From: Folioceros fuciformis
Lineage: Eukaryota
Direction of reading: 5' to 3'
DNA: 51,489 nucleotides
Assembly: GCA_049999805.1 (NCBI GenBank)
Contig: JBNGIO010006384.1
Span: forward strand, 62,001 to 113,489
The notes below the pieces were generated by a model that saw only the letters and a list, made by a program, of their open reading frames with translations, searched no databases and had not been told where the DNA came from. The translations under genes were made by a program, and so were the position numbers. Below are positions 26,470 to 41,311 of this stretch, piece after piece. Positions within the stretch are counted from its first letter, which is position 1. Each line of letters opens with the position of its first letter.

Positions 26470-28352
26470 TCATGCCTGTACGTAGCACAGAGTCGCAGAA
26501 TCGTGAGCATCAGCTGACCTGTATGTGAGCCAAGGGTTGGAATTGGACGGATCATATCCTTTGGTGAAGGTGTTGCAGTGAGTAAGGGCAGAGATGGAGG
26601 ACCTGGACCAGCGACCGTGCTCGTCCATGCTAGAAACCACGAGGTGAGCAACCCGCAAAACCCTGCTCAGGTCCCTCAATTCATAGTCCGTCAAATCTAT
26701 GTGACGGGTGTGGACAAAGTACTGCTTGCAGCTTGCATTGACCATGCATTGCTCCGGGTCGAGGTCGCGAAAGCTGCGGTCCCCATCTTGAAGGGGGCCC
26801 TGAGAGCAGCGCAGCGCCATGTAAGGCACTCCGGTGTTGACGGCCTGTGTTTCGTACATCCGGTGAACGACCTTGTACGGGATGATCTCCACCACCAGGG
26901 ACTTGCGTCTACCGAAAGTGGTGGGATTCACCAAATTGGCTCCGTGGAGAGAGATGACTACGTCCGCTTCCTGCACAGCTGCGAACTGCTCCCGGAATGG
27001 CAGCGGCTTGAAATCCACGATGCGCAACCGGTAGCCTGGCAGGCTGGCCAGGAAGTCCCGAAAAGCGGCCTCGCTCTGGGTGGAGAATACCCTGCGCGTG
27101 TTCTTGCGGAAAACGTAGAGCAGCTTGAGCGCCGCAGGCTGGACAGTCGCAACGGCAGAATGAGGTTCTGGCCATCCCCCTGTAATCACCGGTCGCTCCT
27201 CCTCAAGCCCCAGTAGCTTCTTCTTGAGCCTGGCGCGGACGATATCGGCCACTGGAGGCCCGCCGGGCCAAGACGCACCCTGAAAGAGGAAATGTGACAA
27301 CGTCCCCGAGTGACAGCGAGTCAGGGAGAGGAAACCACACGGTATGAGCAGACAAGTCACCGCGACCAATCCTGACCAGTTCTCACCTTGAGCAAGGAGA
27401 AGAGGAGGAGGGAGCGGAAGCAGAGCGGGCGTTGGTCCGTGGCGTTCCAAAATGCGCGGTCCAGGTGAACAAAGCCCGCGGCGGCGGAGGCGGCTCCCAC
27501 CAGGTCGTTAGGGGTCAGAGTCGGAATAAAGGGGTGGTGGCCCGCCGAGCCTGAGCTGGAGCCCCCCAGCGCGGACGTCAGCATGTCGGCAAGGACGACG
27601 GCCATGAATCCATCCGCGCCGTGGAAACCGTGGATGGCGTCCACCTTCTTGTCCAGGAGGCGAGTGTGCATGCGGTGGCGGAGGAGGAAGAAGTGTTGCA
27701 CTGGCTGAGGCAGAGCAGGCAGGGTGGCGTTGTTGAGCAGGTGGAGCACGTTAGCCCTCGCCAGGAAGTGAGCCACATTGGTGGTGGCAGGCCCCAGGTG
27801 CAAGGCTGCGCTTGTGCCCGAGATCCACTGGGTCTCAGGCCTCCTGGACGCCCACGCGCCGACCGAGAAGGAGAAGTTGGTGAAGCCGGATTCCACTGGA
27901 ACCTGCGAGGCCAGGGCAGGGAACGCAGCAGAGCACGCCACTCCCCTCACAATGCTTCCGTCCAAGCTGCTTGCTGGCTCCACGCACTGCAGGGTGCGGC
28001 CGCTCGACACCATGTGGCTGCCGTTGTAGCACAGGTTGCGGAACTCGTACGCGTATTGCCGAGCCCCGAACTCATTGTGGGTCAAATAGATGCTGAGGCC
28101 GGTGCCATGGCCATCGTCGGAGTCAAGCTCGGCGTCGTCGGCGCCAGCGCTGTCAGCGGACGAGCATACCTGCATCACCCTGGAGCTGGAGAGCAAGTGC
28201 ACCCTGCACAGAGAGCCCGCGTACAAGAGCGACGCTGAAATGGACAAGATGAGGGCTACTGCTGTAGTCCACGCAAGTATCCTGTAGCGCCGCCACCATC
28301 TGGAGCGGGCTGCAAACCTGGTGCCTCTAAGACTGACCACTACTTCCGCCAT
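26470..28352 (-). CDS. Glycosyltransferase family 61-like type II membrane protein; exons 28352-27387 and 27279-26470
   Basis: N-terminal transmembrane helix after a basic stretch, NVAHF motif, then PFREQFAAVQEADVVISLHGANLVN...VVEIIP (GT61 'HGAGLTN'-like motif). One GT-AG intron joins the two ORFs in frame. Confidence 0.78.
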
Positions 28353-28645
28353 CTCCCTACGCCATCACTAGCTTGCCTACAACGACAACTGGATGCACGC
28401 ACGGCGCAACGCTTGGTACACCACTCGCGCCGACCTCTGCCTCTGCGAGACTTCGAATGGGAAATCACTCATGTACCAGGAAATCACGTCAGACATCTAC
28501 ATTAAATTCCCCACTTGAAGAGCGTACAAGGATGTTGTTTTCCCTCAGCCCAAAATTGCTGTCATCCCACGAGGCTCATGCGGGGCTGACTTGTCCTCGT
28601 CCGGTCAGCTTTCTCTCGAATTGAACGTCTTCTCCGTTTAGCGCT

Positions 28646-31600
28646 TCACCTTGGTGCATGTCTCTGCCCTGGGTTGGGCGGGGGCAAGTAATGGGCCAAG
28701 ACTTTCCTGAAACAAGGCTGGTCGAACACCCACTGCATGCTACCATATCCCAATACCCAGTTAAGCACGTTCCTGTACTTCGGCCGGATAATCCTGCCTT
28801 CTGGATCTGGTATGCCATGGCAATGCATGATGATGGCTGCGCCCAAGCTGAAGAGAAACACATCAATGCGTTTGGGAATGCTCAGATTGTGTCTTCGAGC
28901 AAGCTTGCTGTCGCTCACGGATATTGCGAAGCTCTCCAGGGCTCGTGATAGGCAGTACATGGATATTTCCATTCGCCTGCTCTTCTGCTCAAGAAGGAGA
29001 GCCAGACCCGTCGGGAACTGCCCACACAGCATCAATTCCGTCGTTGTGAGCATAGCACACAGTAAACGGCATCTCGCCTTACTTTCAAAAGCCATTGACT
29101 GAATTGAACTTACGGTGCCTGCTGCAACCAGAGCGGGGGTGCATGTTCCAGTGGCTCGAAACAGACCACACGTCCACAACCTGACATCCACAATTAGGCC
29201 TTACTCGATGCTACTAGCCAGCAACCGCTCGAAACAGCCAAACCAGCCCATGGAGGGTAGATTGTGATACGTACCAAGCCGACGCAGCATAAGTTGCAAG
29301 AAACAGACTGGACCTTGCGATGCCCAAAGATATTTTGCTCAGGAACATCAGCCTTGTTCCCCTGAAAGGTGCATTGCAGGAGACAAGCTATTTTCCTCAG
29401 TGTACCTTGACAGCAGAGTAGGCCAAAGGATAACAGCATATGACAATGCAAATGATGAGGTTCTCAACCACCCACAATAGTTAGTCGATGTACCCACGTT
29501 TACTCAACACAGACAAGGATGTAATTTACAGACACAGGCCCGGACGGATGGCGGTTTTGAAGGAGGTGAGGTCGTAGGAAAGGCGGTGTCTAGGAGTAGC
29601 AGGTTAAAAGGCCGGCCAAGAGGATACGGGACATCGAAGGACAAGGCAAAAGAGGACTCCGGAAAGGCTTCCATTACTACTGCGGACAACATGGAGGGTT
29701 CACATTTTTGGAGCAACCCTTGCGCATCCTCCCCACCAAGTTCTACTTGACCACTTAGCTTGACATACCGTCTGTGCCATTCTGTGTCCTATCCCAAAGA
29801 AGATCATCACGAAAAAAATGGTGCATGACGTGCGTCCTGCTTGGTTTTTATCCCACAGACATCTTGGGAATGCCTCCCACAAGTCAGCTTCACACATGGA
29901 CAACAATATGCGGATTTTGTTTACCTTCTGAACAGGTTTGTTCGGTGCACGAAAAGTGACCCTGCTACGTGCACTGGAATGTATACAGGAATGGCCCGTA
30001 TGTAGGCCCCCAGAAAGTAGGAGAGACAATGTGCTAAACAGCTTCGACTTCCATGAATGATCTGCCCAAAATCACACCACAAGTTCGTCATGTTGGGCCT
30101 CACATATGGTAAGTCAAACTGCAAATAAGCAAAAGAATTGATTGACCACACTGTTTTGCAGCGATCCCATTTAGGCATGGTTCCCAGTGGCGCATAGTTG
30201 GGACTTACAGTACAAGGGATCTCCATTTGTGGGTCGAAATCAATATATGAGCCTTCTAGCAAGTAGTGGTCACGAATCTCTGGAAGACTTGGCAATGGCC
30301 TCTGCTTCAAAGCAACCTCCCGAATTCCTTTGAGAATCGAGGGATGTTTATTTCCCAGTTTGTTGATAAATGACACGTATGATGAAGGTAGACTGCTTGG
30401 CTTCATTATCCATGACCATCTGAACGGGGAACCAGCGGCGATGAATAGGAAGTCAGGAGGCTGCAGAGGAAAACTAAAACGGTAGCACCACATACCGAGG
30501 ATGGTAGCGCAGGCACGACAGATTTGAGCAAGAGGACGTACAAAATCTGAGATGATGACAAACACATGAGAAAAATGTCCCCATGTCTCCATGTCAAGGG
30601 GCGACAAAGCCAACCCAGATTGCTGCTCCATATACCCGCTCGAGCTGCAAGAACCGCTGCCCTCACAAGGATATACAACGCCATGCTTGTGTTTTCTGCT
30701 CCGGTGAAAAGTAACGAAGGGCCAGCAAGCGCTCCAGCAACTAACCTCCTCCACTTTGCACTTCAAGACAAGAAATTTGGAAGACCATAAGCACAGGAAA
30801 GTGTCAAGGAACAGTAATGTGCAAAACGTTCATCAGGCAGGATTTTCAGGGAGGACCGGTACCTAGGGCCACCAAATGCGGCTGCCAAGATCTCGTCAAT
30901 TGTGCAGAAGCTGCCTGCATACGATCCGACAAACATGCCATATCGCAAAGATTTCTTCACACCTGCTATAACAGCATCGTCAATGGGTTTCAGTCCAGCA
31001 GTTGACCTGCATCAGAGAGTACCAACAATCACTTTATCAACTCAGAAGACAGTTATGAACAACTGCATTTCAGAACATGCTGGTGTCTGATTCAATCGAT
31101 AACATGGCAGTAAATGGACGTCACCTCTTGGATGCACGACGTCGCAGTCTGTCAAGAATAGAAATGAGTGAGATGGCTCCCTGAAGTCCTGCCCCAACCA
31201 GAAACCCCCTCAAGAGGGCAGAAATGCAGCGTTTGTAAGGTTTGCGACTCTCTGATCCCATGTAGGCATCTGGCTCCCCGGTGTAGTTCAGTAATCCTCC
31301 GATTCGTTGGAGTTTCTCCATGTGCAAGTGAGAGGCCGCAGAGCGGCCAGGGCCTTCCGGCCCTCCCTCAGAAATGGAACTTTCTTCCACGCTCCTTCCA
31401 TCATCGTCCACCTGTTCCTCACTCCCTCCGTCAGTAGAGCTTCGTGACCTGCCAGTACCTTCCGACCTTTTATCCAAAATGGGCCTTTCTTCACCACGAC
31501 TTCCACCATCGTCCAACCTTTCCTCATTCTCGCCTTGAGTAGAACTTTGTGTTCTGCCAGTGGCTTCCGACCTCTTATCCAAAATGGGGCTTTCTTCAAG

Positions 31601-33920
31601 ACTCCTTCCATCATCGCCTACTCGCTCCTCAACCTTTCCGTCAGTTGAACTTCGCAAGCTGCCAGTGTCTTCCGACCTTTCGTCAATACTGGGGCTTTCT
31701 TCAAGACCCCTTCCCTCATTCTCTCTGACAGAAGAATTTGATGTGATTAGGCTTTCTGCACCAGGCCTGTCGTCATCTTCCACCGTTCCGTCACTCCCTC
31801 TGACAGTGAAACTCGGTGCGCTCCTGGCTTCTGCAATGCTCGTTGAACTGGACGCATCTGCACCTACCGAAGTTTTCGGAGACGCCGAGAAGCTGAAATT
31901 GACACAAAACGAGGTGGTTGAAACCGAGTCCTCCCTCGGTTCACCCATGCCTTCGACAATCCCCAGTAGAGATCTCAACGATCCTGAAGTTTTGAGAGAG
32001 CTTTCAGCCTCCTCCCCCAAGTCTGCGGTTGCGTAGGACTCTGCTGCCCTACTTCCTGCACTTACTGCGAGACCGCAGGGCTGAGAGCCTCCGACGGGAG
32101 AATCTCCCCTCTGTCGTTTGCGTACTGCTTTTTTCTGGGAAGTATTGTCATCTGAAAGGGCGGATCCACCGATACTGTTGTCCGTCAAATTGGAGCCCTT
32201 GGCACCTACAACAAGGCTATCGGTGTCATTGTTGATGGCCGTGGGAACCTGAGCGTGGCTTCCACTCCGAGCTCCTTCACATTCCACAACTGGGACTGTA
32301 ACAGGTGGTTCGTCAACCTCCAAGCCGGGCGCGGAATCAATGCTCTCTGGCTTGCTCCCTTCTTGTGTGGCTTCGACTTCCTCACGGGACCATGAACGCC
32401 ATTCAGCCAAGTCTTTGGCATGGGAGAACAAGAGAGATTTATGAGTACGACTGGTGTCATTTTTTTTGAAGCGTCTTCGATCCACTCGCTGAATGACTGG
32501 GGACAACTCGCAAAATTGGGCCAGGGTACTCCCAACCTCCTCACCTTCTGCAGTTGTGTCGCTAACAGCTGGTTGCTCAGAATCCAAGACAGATGCCTCC
32601 TCTCTCTCAAGTTTCAACTCACGCACTTCGCCTTGCCCTTTCACCACACTTGAATCAGTTGAAGCGGTGAACCCCAAGCTTGATGATAGTGCGATCGTGG
32701 GAGAACCAGACCCTACATCTGCTGCCTCATTGCCACATTCTGAGATCTTTTCAGCTTCAGTAAGGGCGTGGCCATCTCCTCCTGAGCTAGTACCCTCGGA
32801 GGAGTTTGACTCGCTCCCTTCCACCTTCCGCCGCTTCCAATGCTTCGGCTGGAGGCTAATTGTCCGAAGCGGACTCATCGTTCCAGTGGTAGTCCCTTTG
32901 TATTCTGTCGGCTTCCTATCAACGGGCAGAGCGTCACTACTTTTGGCATCATCCTCGGCCCTCACATCAGAGTCCGGTACCAAGCCAGTTGTACTCTCGC
33001 TTGAACTTGGCAGGTTCAGTCGCAAGCTTTGTTTTGGCTCACTTGGCGCACTTGCGCGTTCTACGAGGAAACCCTCCAACACTTTTTCAGCTTTCGTGCC
33101 AGAGGAGCTACCATCTTCTTCCATTGACGCGGAGCTCACGCCAGATGGGAATTGACTCAGATCGTTCTTGAGCTGTTTAATCTTGATACTGTCAGAATTC
33201 AACAACATGTTATGCTCTACATGTGGCATCACCTCATTCAACATCTCAACAGCCATCTTCCCCATCTCCTGCAACTCTTCTGACTTGCAGCTGGAGCCAC
33301 CATCTTCGCTTGAAAGCCCGCGAGAACCAGTTTCGGAGACGGAGGATTCGGCACTGGGGCGGAGATTCTTAATTGGGGTATTGGTGCGGAGTTGCCGGCA
33401 TACATCTGGCTTTTCACGTGCGAGCGGCTTATTTTTTGTTTCAAGAAGCATCGTAGCCGGTGTCTTGTTCACATGAGCGCCAACGCTAGGTGCGGAACCA
33501 GATCCACTACCAAATTTGGATTCCTTCGAATCACAAGGAGGAACATCGTAAACGGGCAGTGCACTCGCTGACATGTTCCCATCTCCTGCACTGCGGGGAC
33601 CATCGGCGTCGCTGACAATCTCGCTCGAGCTACCAGTCTCCAATTCTGCTGCCTTGCTTTTAACCGGATCTCCATCTCCGACACTTGCATCAGTAATTGG
33701 CTGGCTGTCAGTGCCAATAACATGATATGCGGTCTCCCTGTATACATTGCGCAAAGAAGGCGTCTGTTCATTGTTGATGTCGGGGTCATCCATGACTCTA
33801 CATTTCCTCAGACACGACTGACCCACGGCAGCCAGGCCAGCGACGATTGGCAAAAGCATCGGATCCAAAATTGCATCAAAAATATCTTCGCCGGATATGT
33901 CGAGGCCAGACAACCTGATC
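28646..33920 (-). CDS. TMEM135-family membrane protein with a very long acidic/Ser-rich N-terminal extension; start codon uncertain
   Basis: C-terminal exons encode RGFLVGAGLQG, SLRYGMFVGSYAGSF, ALYILVRAAVLA, TWRHGDIFLMCLSSSQIL, GIARSSLFLATY, FPTGLALLLEQKSRRMEISMYCLSRALESF. The 2.8-kb exon 33920-31124 is in frame with the first TMEM135 helix. Confidence 0.82.
31345..31720 (-). repeat. 105-bp (35-aa) coding tandem repeat, about 3.6 copies
   Basis: CTTCCG(A/G)CC recurs at 31354, 31459, 31564 and 31669. The peptide unit is like DDGRSLEESPILDKRSEATGRTQSSTQGENEERLD. Confidence 0.9.
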
Positions 33921-34935
33921 CTGCAAAGCAGTAACTGCTCTCTCTCCAGTGGAATGGAAACAGAGAAGATGAGACTCAGACTGCCGGACCGGTCGTATTA
34001 CAAACAACGTGACAAGAACTTCACATCCTACCAGCAACACTACATTCTATCTTTCTCCAGACCCAGACAACTACCAACGGGCTAAGAAAGCAAAGAAAGC
34101 ACTCGAGAAAGCAGCAACCCCAAACGGCGAAGACCATGCCAATTCCTCTCTTCTCAAACAAACTGAGCAAGAATCCAACTCTGAGGCGGAGAAACATGAC
34201 TCTCGCAGTGCGTTTGCCTCGCCTCTTACCGATCTCGAATAGCACAGTCAAGCTATGCCAAAATTGTGTATCTCTTCACCTGGATGAAGCCGATACAATA
34301 CACCTGCGACTATGCAGTGAGAAACGGAACACATAACGTAGGCACAGTGGAGAAATGTCGCTCACTGGAATGGAGGCGGCGCATCCAGCTGATCCAGAAC
34401 GAGCAGAGAGCGCAAGAAATCGGCGCCGTTGACGTTGCATGCAAATTCCCGGTGGCCGCGAGGAGTACGTGCCGCTAATGCCAGAGGAGCTGCAGGTTGG
34501 GGAGCGCGAGGCGTACGACGGAATGGACTCGAGGTGGTTCGAACCCATCATGGTCAGCTAATCGCATACGCAACAGATGAGTGAAAATAAAATCATGTCA
34601 TGAAAGAGTTTGAGCGAGGAGGAACAACCCCAGAGAGCCCAAGAACCTAGCTACAACTCTTAGCATATCATCCCTAACTACATACAGTGCTTGCCCATTA
34701 ACTAGGATCTTGCTCTAAAGGCATCCTGTTTCTTTAGGGACCATGTAACTACCGATGCAAGCTCAGGATGCTTAATCCGTTGTCCATTTGTCTGGAGTAG
34801 GTACCTTTATCTACTGGATGAAAATTAGGGCTTGACCTAAGAAAGCCGCGAAGGAAGGTACTCGTCGTTCGTTCATTCCGTTGTGGTTATGATTTGGCAG
34901 CTTTAAGCTTGCGCTGCTGCTGAAGCGTAGGTTAG

Positions 34936-36441
<1,506 letters not shown>

Positions 36442-37084
36442 CGCTGGTTGTGTCGTCTGTTCACCAACAATAACAATACTGTACTGGCTATACACGACAT
36501 CTACGCTGTCTCGGCATGTCCCTGCACATATACAACAGATCTACCTGCCTCTGCCTTCATTCAACGTTGAACTACAAAATTGAGGAGGTAGCAGGTCATC
36601 TGTGCCAACAAACCTGGTAACAACTGCACCAGATGGAATCCCAGTGCTGCTGAACCCCATCTGCTGCTGGTGTGACTGTAACTCATTGCAGGGCATCTCT
36701 TACTCAATTTTGTCACTTACATATGACAGTCATGACTTAAGAAATTCAAGGAAAAACTCCCTAAAACTACGTTTGTATAACTCCGGGATTAAAAGTCCAG
36801 GAGATTGTAGAGAATTGGTAAATTTCCTCTCCAGCAGCGGCACGTCACTGCTCACCCAATGCTCTTCCATCGACTTCTTTCGCCATCTTTATCTGTAAAG
36901 ATCCCGAATGATGCACTACTTGGAGGCCAAAGAACTCATCACTGGCTCTTGTCAACGTCAGATGATATCAAAGGAGAGCAGTACTTGGAGCCAAAAATTT
37001 TATCTCTGTCTCGTGTCAAGTCCGATGAAACCGAATGATGAACTGCTTGAGGGCCAATAGAGGATCGAGCACAGGAGGCACATC

Positions 37085-40000
37085 TTAAACGTCGTCTAGA
37101 CGCACCTCCAGAATCTTGCCGAGTAGATCAGCTGATGCTACTATCCCTGCGTCTTCCATATCAGCAACAATAGCAACAGCTGCGTCCCTCTCCCCGAGAG
37201 ATATACATAAAGTCACAGCCTCTTCGTACAGCTTACTGCAAACCACATCACACGTAAGCTTGTAAGAACGCAGTGCATATGGTGAGATGTTACAGAGTCC
37301 ACACACTCTGTAAGGCTGCAGAACCCTTTACCTTCCATACACATATTTCAGCTTGTGTGACTGTTGCAGTAAGGACACGATAGCTTCTGGGCAGGGTGTT
37401 TTGATGGCAGCACGAACCAACATCGCACAATCGCTTACTGTCGGTACGCCCCCAAGGTCAAGCACCTACACCAATGATGATAGAGATGAGGGGTAGGTGA
37501 TGGTGACCCAGAACCTCCAGTCGAGAGAACATGTCAAAGGAAGTCAACAATACCACCGTACCTTCTGCAAGATCTGCATTCCTAACTGGACCTCACGCTC
37601 CTGCGTCCAACGCTCTGGTGCAGAGTCCAGCAAATGCCGCTCCCATGTCCAGCCCCACACATCAGCTATGGTGTATAGTTCAGATACATCAAAGACCCTA
37701 TCAGCTTTCAGTTTGGCAAACTTCTCCTCCAAGGTTAAGTCAAGCCAATCCCCATCTCTTCGACCAAGCTCCCGCTTCAGCTGGTGTACAGGAGAAACAC
37801 TATTAGATACGCCGTTGAAACTACTAAACCCTGGGTGAACGAACAACTGAAATCACGCGACAGAAGGGCACGCAAACCCCTTGAAATGCATGCACCATAG
37901 TACACATACCTTCTCCTCTGGCAAATCAGCAGTGTTTTTAAATAGCTGAACAGCCAGCATCTCGGGAGCATCATCAGGTTCATCTTCTTCACCACCATCT
38001 TCTACCAAATCGACATCCTCCACCTCCTCTTCGATTTCCTCATCTTCCTCATCTTCTGCCTCGTCGTTTTCCTCATCTTCTTGAATTGCGGCAACATCAA
38101 CATCCACATCCCGTTGCTCTGTACTGTGGGTACCATCAGAAGAACCCAAGATGGAAAATTTCTTTCGCCAATATTCCGTATTTTCGTCCTTCAGACTCAG
38201 CTGAGACATGAACTTGTCAAGTTCTTCATCAACCTGCAAGCATAAGTTGAATTTAGAGCAAACAAAAAGAAAATACAAACCACCACTCATACAAGCTCAG
38301 ACAGAGATGACATTCATTCTGAAGTCTGCTAAGTATGAGGTAAGTTTACCTCCACATGTTCATACTCTGCTGGTGGCACCCACAATGGTCTACCCCTGGC
38401 ACGATTTATTCTCCTCGCTTTCTGCACTCTTTGATAAAGAACTGGCCTTGTTCCATCTGTGGGCAAATCTTGTGCCTCTAACTCCTGCTTTAACTCAGAA
38501 ACCAGCATTTTGCTTGCCGCTTTCGGCTTTCGTGATTGAGCAAAAGATTCACCGAATGTCTCCTTCTTCAGCTTGTCCAGAACTCTGATGAGGTCATCTT
38601 CTGTAGCTCCAGGTCCTAAGGCAGCGGCACCTTCTAGTTTCAGCTTCCTCAGAAGCTTCATGTTATACTTCTTCCGCATGTGAGAGCAGTGTTGTCTGAA
38701 GGACACCTCCATCGGTTTTGAATACGCAAAACCCTCAGAGTCAGGGTCGACAAGGCGACCTTGCTGATTAGGTGAGGACCTCCAACGATTTCGGGTGCCA
38801 GTCAGCCCACCTTCTGCTATATACCTGCACATTGGCACGAATTTCAGGATGTCACGTAGCCAAATAAGTACTTGCAGGAAAGCTTGACGTATGAACCTGT
38901 TCAAGGCGCCAATCACAAAAATCTGACCTAGCAACATAATCCACTTCGTAGCCCAGATCCGGCTCTTGCTGGAGAGGTTCAATCCAAGAACTCACTAGCG
39001 TACGACCCTTCCTGTTCACAAACATAGCCCTTGGAGGAAGGGACTGATTATCCCTTTCCATAGCTTCTAATGCCTGCAGAATCTCGACCGCCCTCCCTGA
39101 TTAGAAAAACAGCCAAACTTCTGAGCACATTAAAATCGTCGATAATCTAAGAGGTGCTACAAAATGACTCCAGCAACAAGTACACTCATAAAACGCACCC
39201 TCCAGACATATGGCCCTCAAATACAGAGACAAACAGTCATCGTTTTTGCCGTCATTATAGAGAGCCGCCGTGCCTCCAGGGTGCTGACATAGTGCTCGGA
39301 AGTGCCGGACAGCCTCATTGACCTGATTCCACTTGGTGAAGCACTCAACCAGCAGTCTGGATTTGGCCAAAGAGAGTTTCATGACAATCTCACACACATG
39401 GACCCTGACAAGACTGAATCTGATCCATCAAAGATCACTAAATATCATACGTGTAGGTCCTCAAATTAGGCATCACCCGCGTGTGGTCTTCCACCATCAC
39501 TCCAAGCACATCTATAACTTCCTTGCACCTGCCAGAACCCGTTACAGAAATCAGGGGCGATGCAGATAATTAATTCTTGGCTTGAAAGCATGAAAGCCAA
39601 TATCTGATAGATTCCTCAGCAGAACATAGCTATCGACATCTTCAGAGGATACCAACCTGTCACCATACTTGTGGCGAGTATGTGCTTGTATCAGCCAGTT
39701 GTAAGATTCTGTATCTGGCTTCATTCCCTCTAATCACGGTCAAAACAGGTGATAGTGAGCAGCAGCCACATGTTGGTTCTCAAAACCTTGTGAAAAAGAT
39801 TGAATGACTTCAGGCCCTCCCACTTTAGATAAGAAACTGTAAGTAACGTGCAACGTGTGCCCGAGAGCGTGAGTACCGTGCCCATACTGCATGTTCTCAA
39901 ACGTCATTGCAGCAATGTCGGGGACGTCTGCATTTGCCTTTAACCAAACGCAATGTCAGCATTTTATGGCTCACAGCCAACTTCAAAGTTTCTCGTGCCC

Positions 40001-41311
40001 AATCTACTGCTCAGCCTAGGATAACTCGGAGAGCCACCAGATGCAGTGTGAGTTGCAAAACGAAAGTGCTGTACCTGTGCCATGAGAAGACAATTGAAGT
40101 GAAACGTGGTAGCTCGCCTTCCCCGAAACTCCATTAGCTTCATTATGTTAACGGCATTGCCGTGTTGCCCGATCCTACAGTTCTCATGAACTAGAATGTC
40201 GTCCAGGTGGGTTGTGGACTTAAGGCCACCAGTCGCTCCTTTGAAAAAAATGTTGTTGGCTTCCTCCAACTGACCAGCATTGAACAGCTCCTCTGGCAAG
40301 AACATAACAGCACATTCCTGGAAATCATGAGCCCAAAATTGACAAAACCGAGCCACAAACTCACGCACGTAGAGAGAAAAGGAGAACAAAAACCAGCATA
40401 ACAGTGGCTCCCATGTCAGCAGACTGAGCTGACCTGCGCACCAGATCCGAAGTGAAGTCGGGAATCGAAGCCTCACCGACTAGAGCAAGCCAGGCTAATC
40501 GAGGATCCTGATCCATTTTCTCCATCGCTGCCAGAATCTCTTCGCCCCTCTTGGCGTGGCCCTTGGAACCGAACAAGCGCGCCAAGGTCGTGAAAGTCTC
40601 CGGCAACGGCCTTTCCCCGGACCCGAACTCCCTCCGCAGAGCTTGGAGCTGCAATGCAATTTTGCCAGCCAGGAGAAGAGAACAGAATGAGCGGATGGTG
40701 ACCAAAAAGGCGCACAGGCACACACAATAGGAATGTCATGACGCTAACACTGGCTAGCACCTCCTCCTCCCCAGAAACAAATGCATGTGCCAAATGGACG
40801 ATTCTGCCAAAATACCGCTCCATCACTGTCCCCGTTCAGAGCGTAAGCCACCACCAGGCCGTGATACGCCCGCGGCCCAGGGTGTCTGCTGNNNNNNNNN
40901 NNNNNNNNNNNNNNNNNNNNNNNNNNNNNNNNNNNNNNNNNNNNNNNNNNNNNNNNNNNNNNNNNNNNNNNNNNNNNNNNNNNNNNNNNNNTCCCCACTC
41001 CGGGCCCTCTCCATGATGAACTCCAGAAAGCTGTACCTCAGCTCCACTTCTTCCAGCAATCCAACCTCCGCGCCGACGGAAAATTCCAGCCGCGCCCCGC
41101 CCCTGCTACGCCCATTCTCCAACCCTTGAGCCGGCCTGGACCACGGTTCCGCCAGCACCGCTCTGACCGTCGCCGCCCGTCGCCCTGCCTGCCGCGAAGG
41201 TCTCGACCTTGTCGAGACTGGAACGCCGACGAATCTTGAGACGCTCGAGACGCAGGGCCAGCCCGGCGGCTCATAGCCGCCCCACCCGGCAGCGGCGACG
41301 TACGACGCCAT
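37085..41311 (-). CDS. pTAC3: Plastid transcriptionally active chromosome 3 (PPR + SAP domain, PEP-associated), multi-exon, interrupted by an N gap
   Basis: PGPRAYHGLVVAY, RPLPETF..L.RLFGSKG, RTLVSSWIEPLQQE, YIAEGGLTGTRNRW, SAP domain KAASKMLVSELKQELEAQDLPTDGTRPVLYQRVQKAR, ELYTIADVWGWTWE. The N-terminus looks like a transit peptide. Confidence 0.93.
40892..40991. other. Assembly gap (100 N) within the pTAC3 coding region
   Basis: Run of N. Confidence 1.

Noticed and set aside
29400-29920. Unusually long, purine-rich TMEM135 intron as a possible nested element
   Set aside because: No snoRNA boxes, terminal repeats or recognisable ORF could be supported by eye.
34633-34716. Imperfect inverted repeat (AGAGCCCAAGAACCTAG / CTAGGATCTTGCTCT), MITE-like
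   Set aside because: The arms are mismatched, no target-site duplication is evident, and copy number cannot be assessed here.
39640-39660. GTATCCT on the minus strand within pTAC3 as a possible U12 donor
   Set aside because: The reading frame requires the donor GTTGGT 4 nt upstream (GDR|CKEV), so the motif is internal to an ordinary intron.
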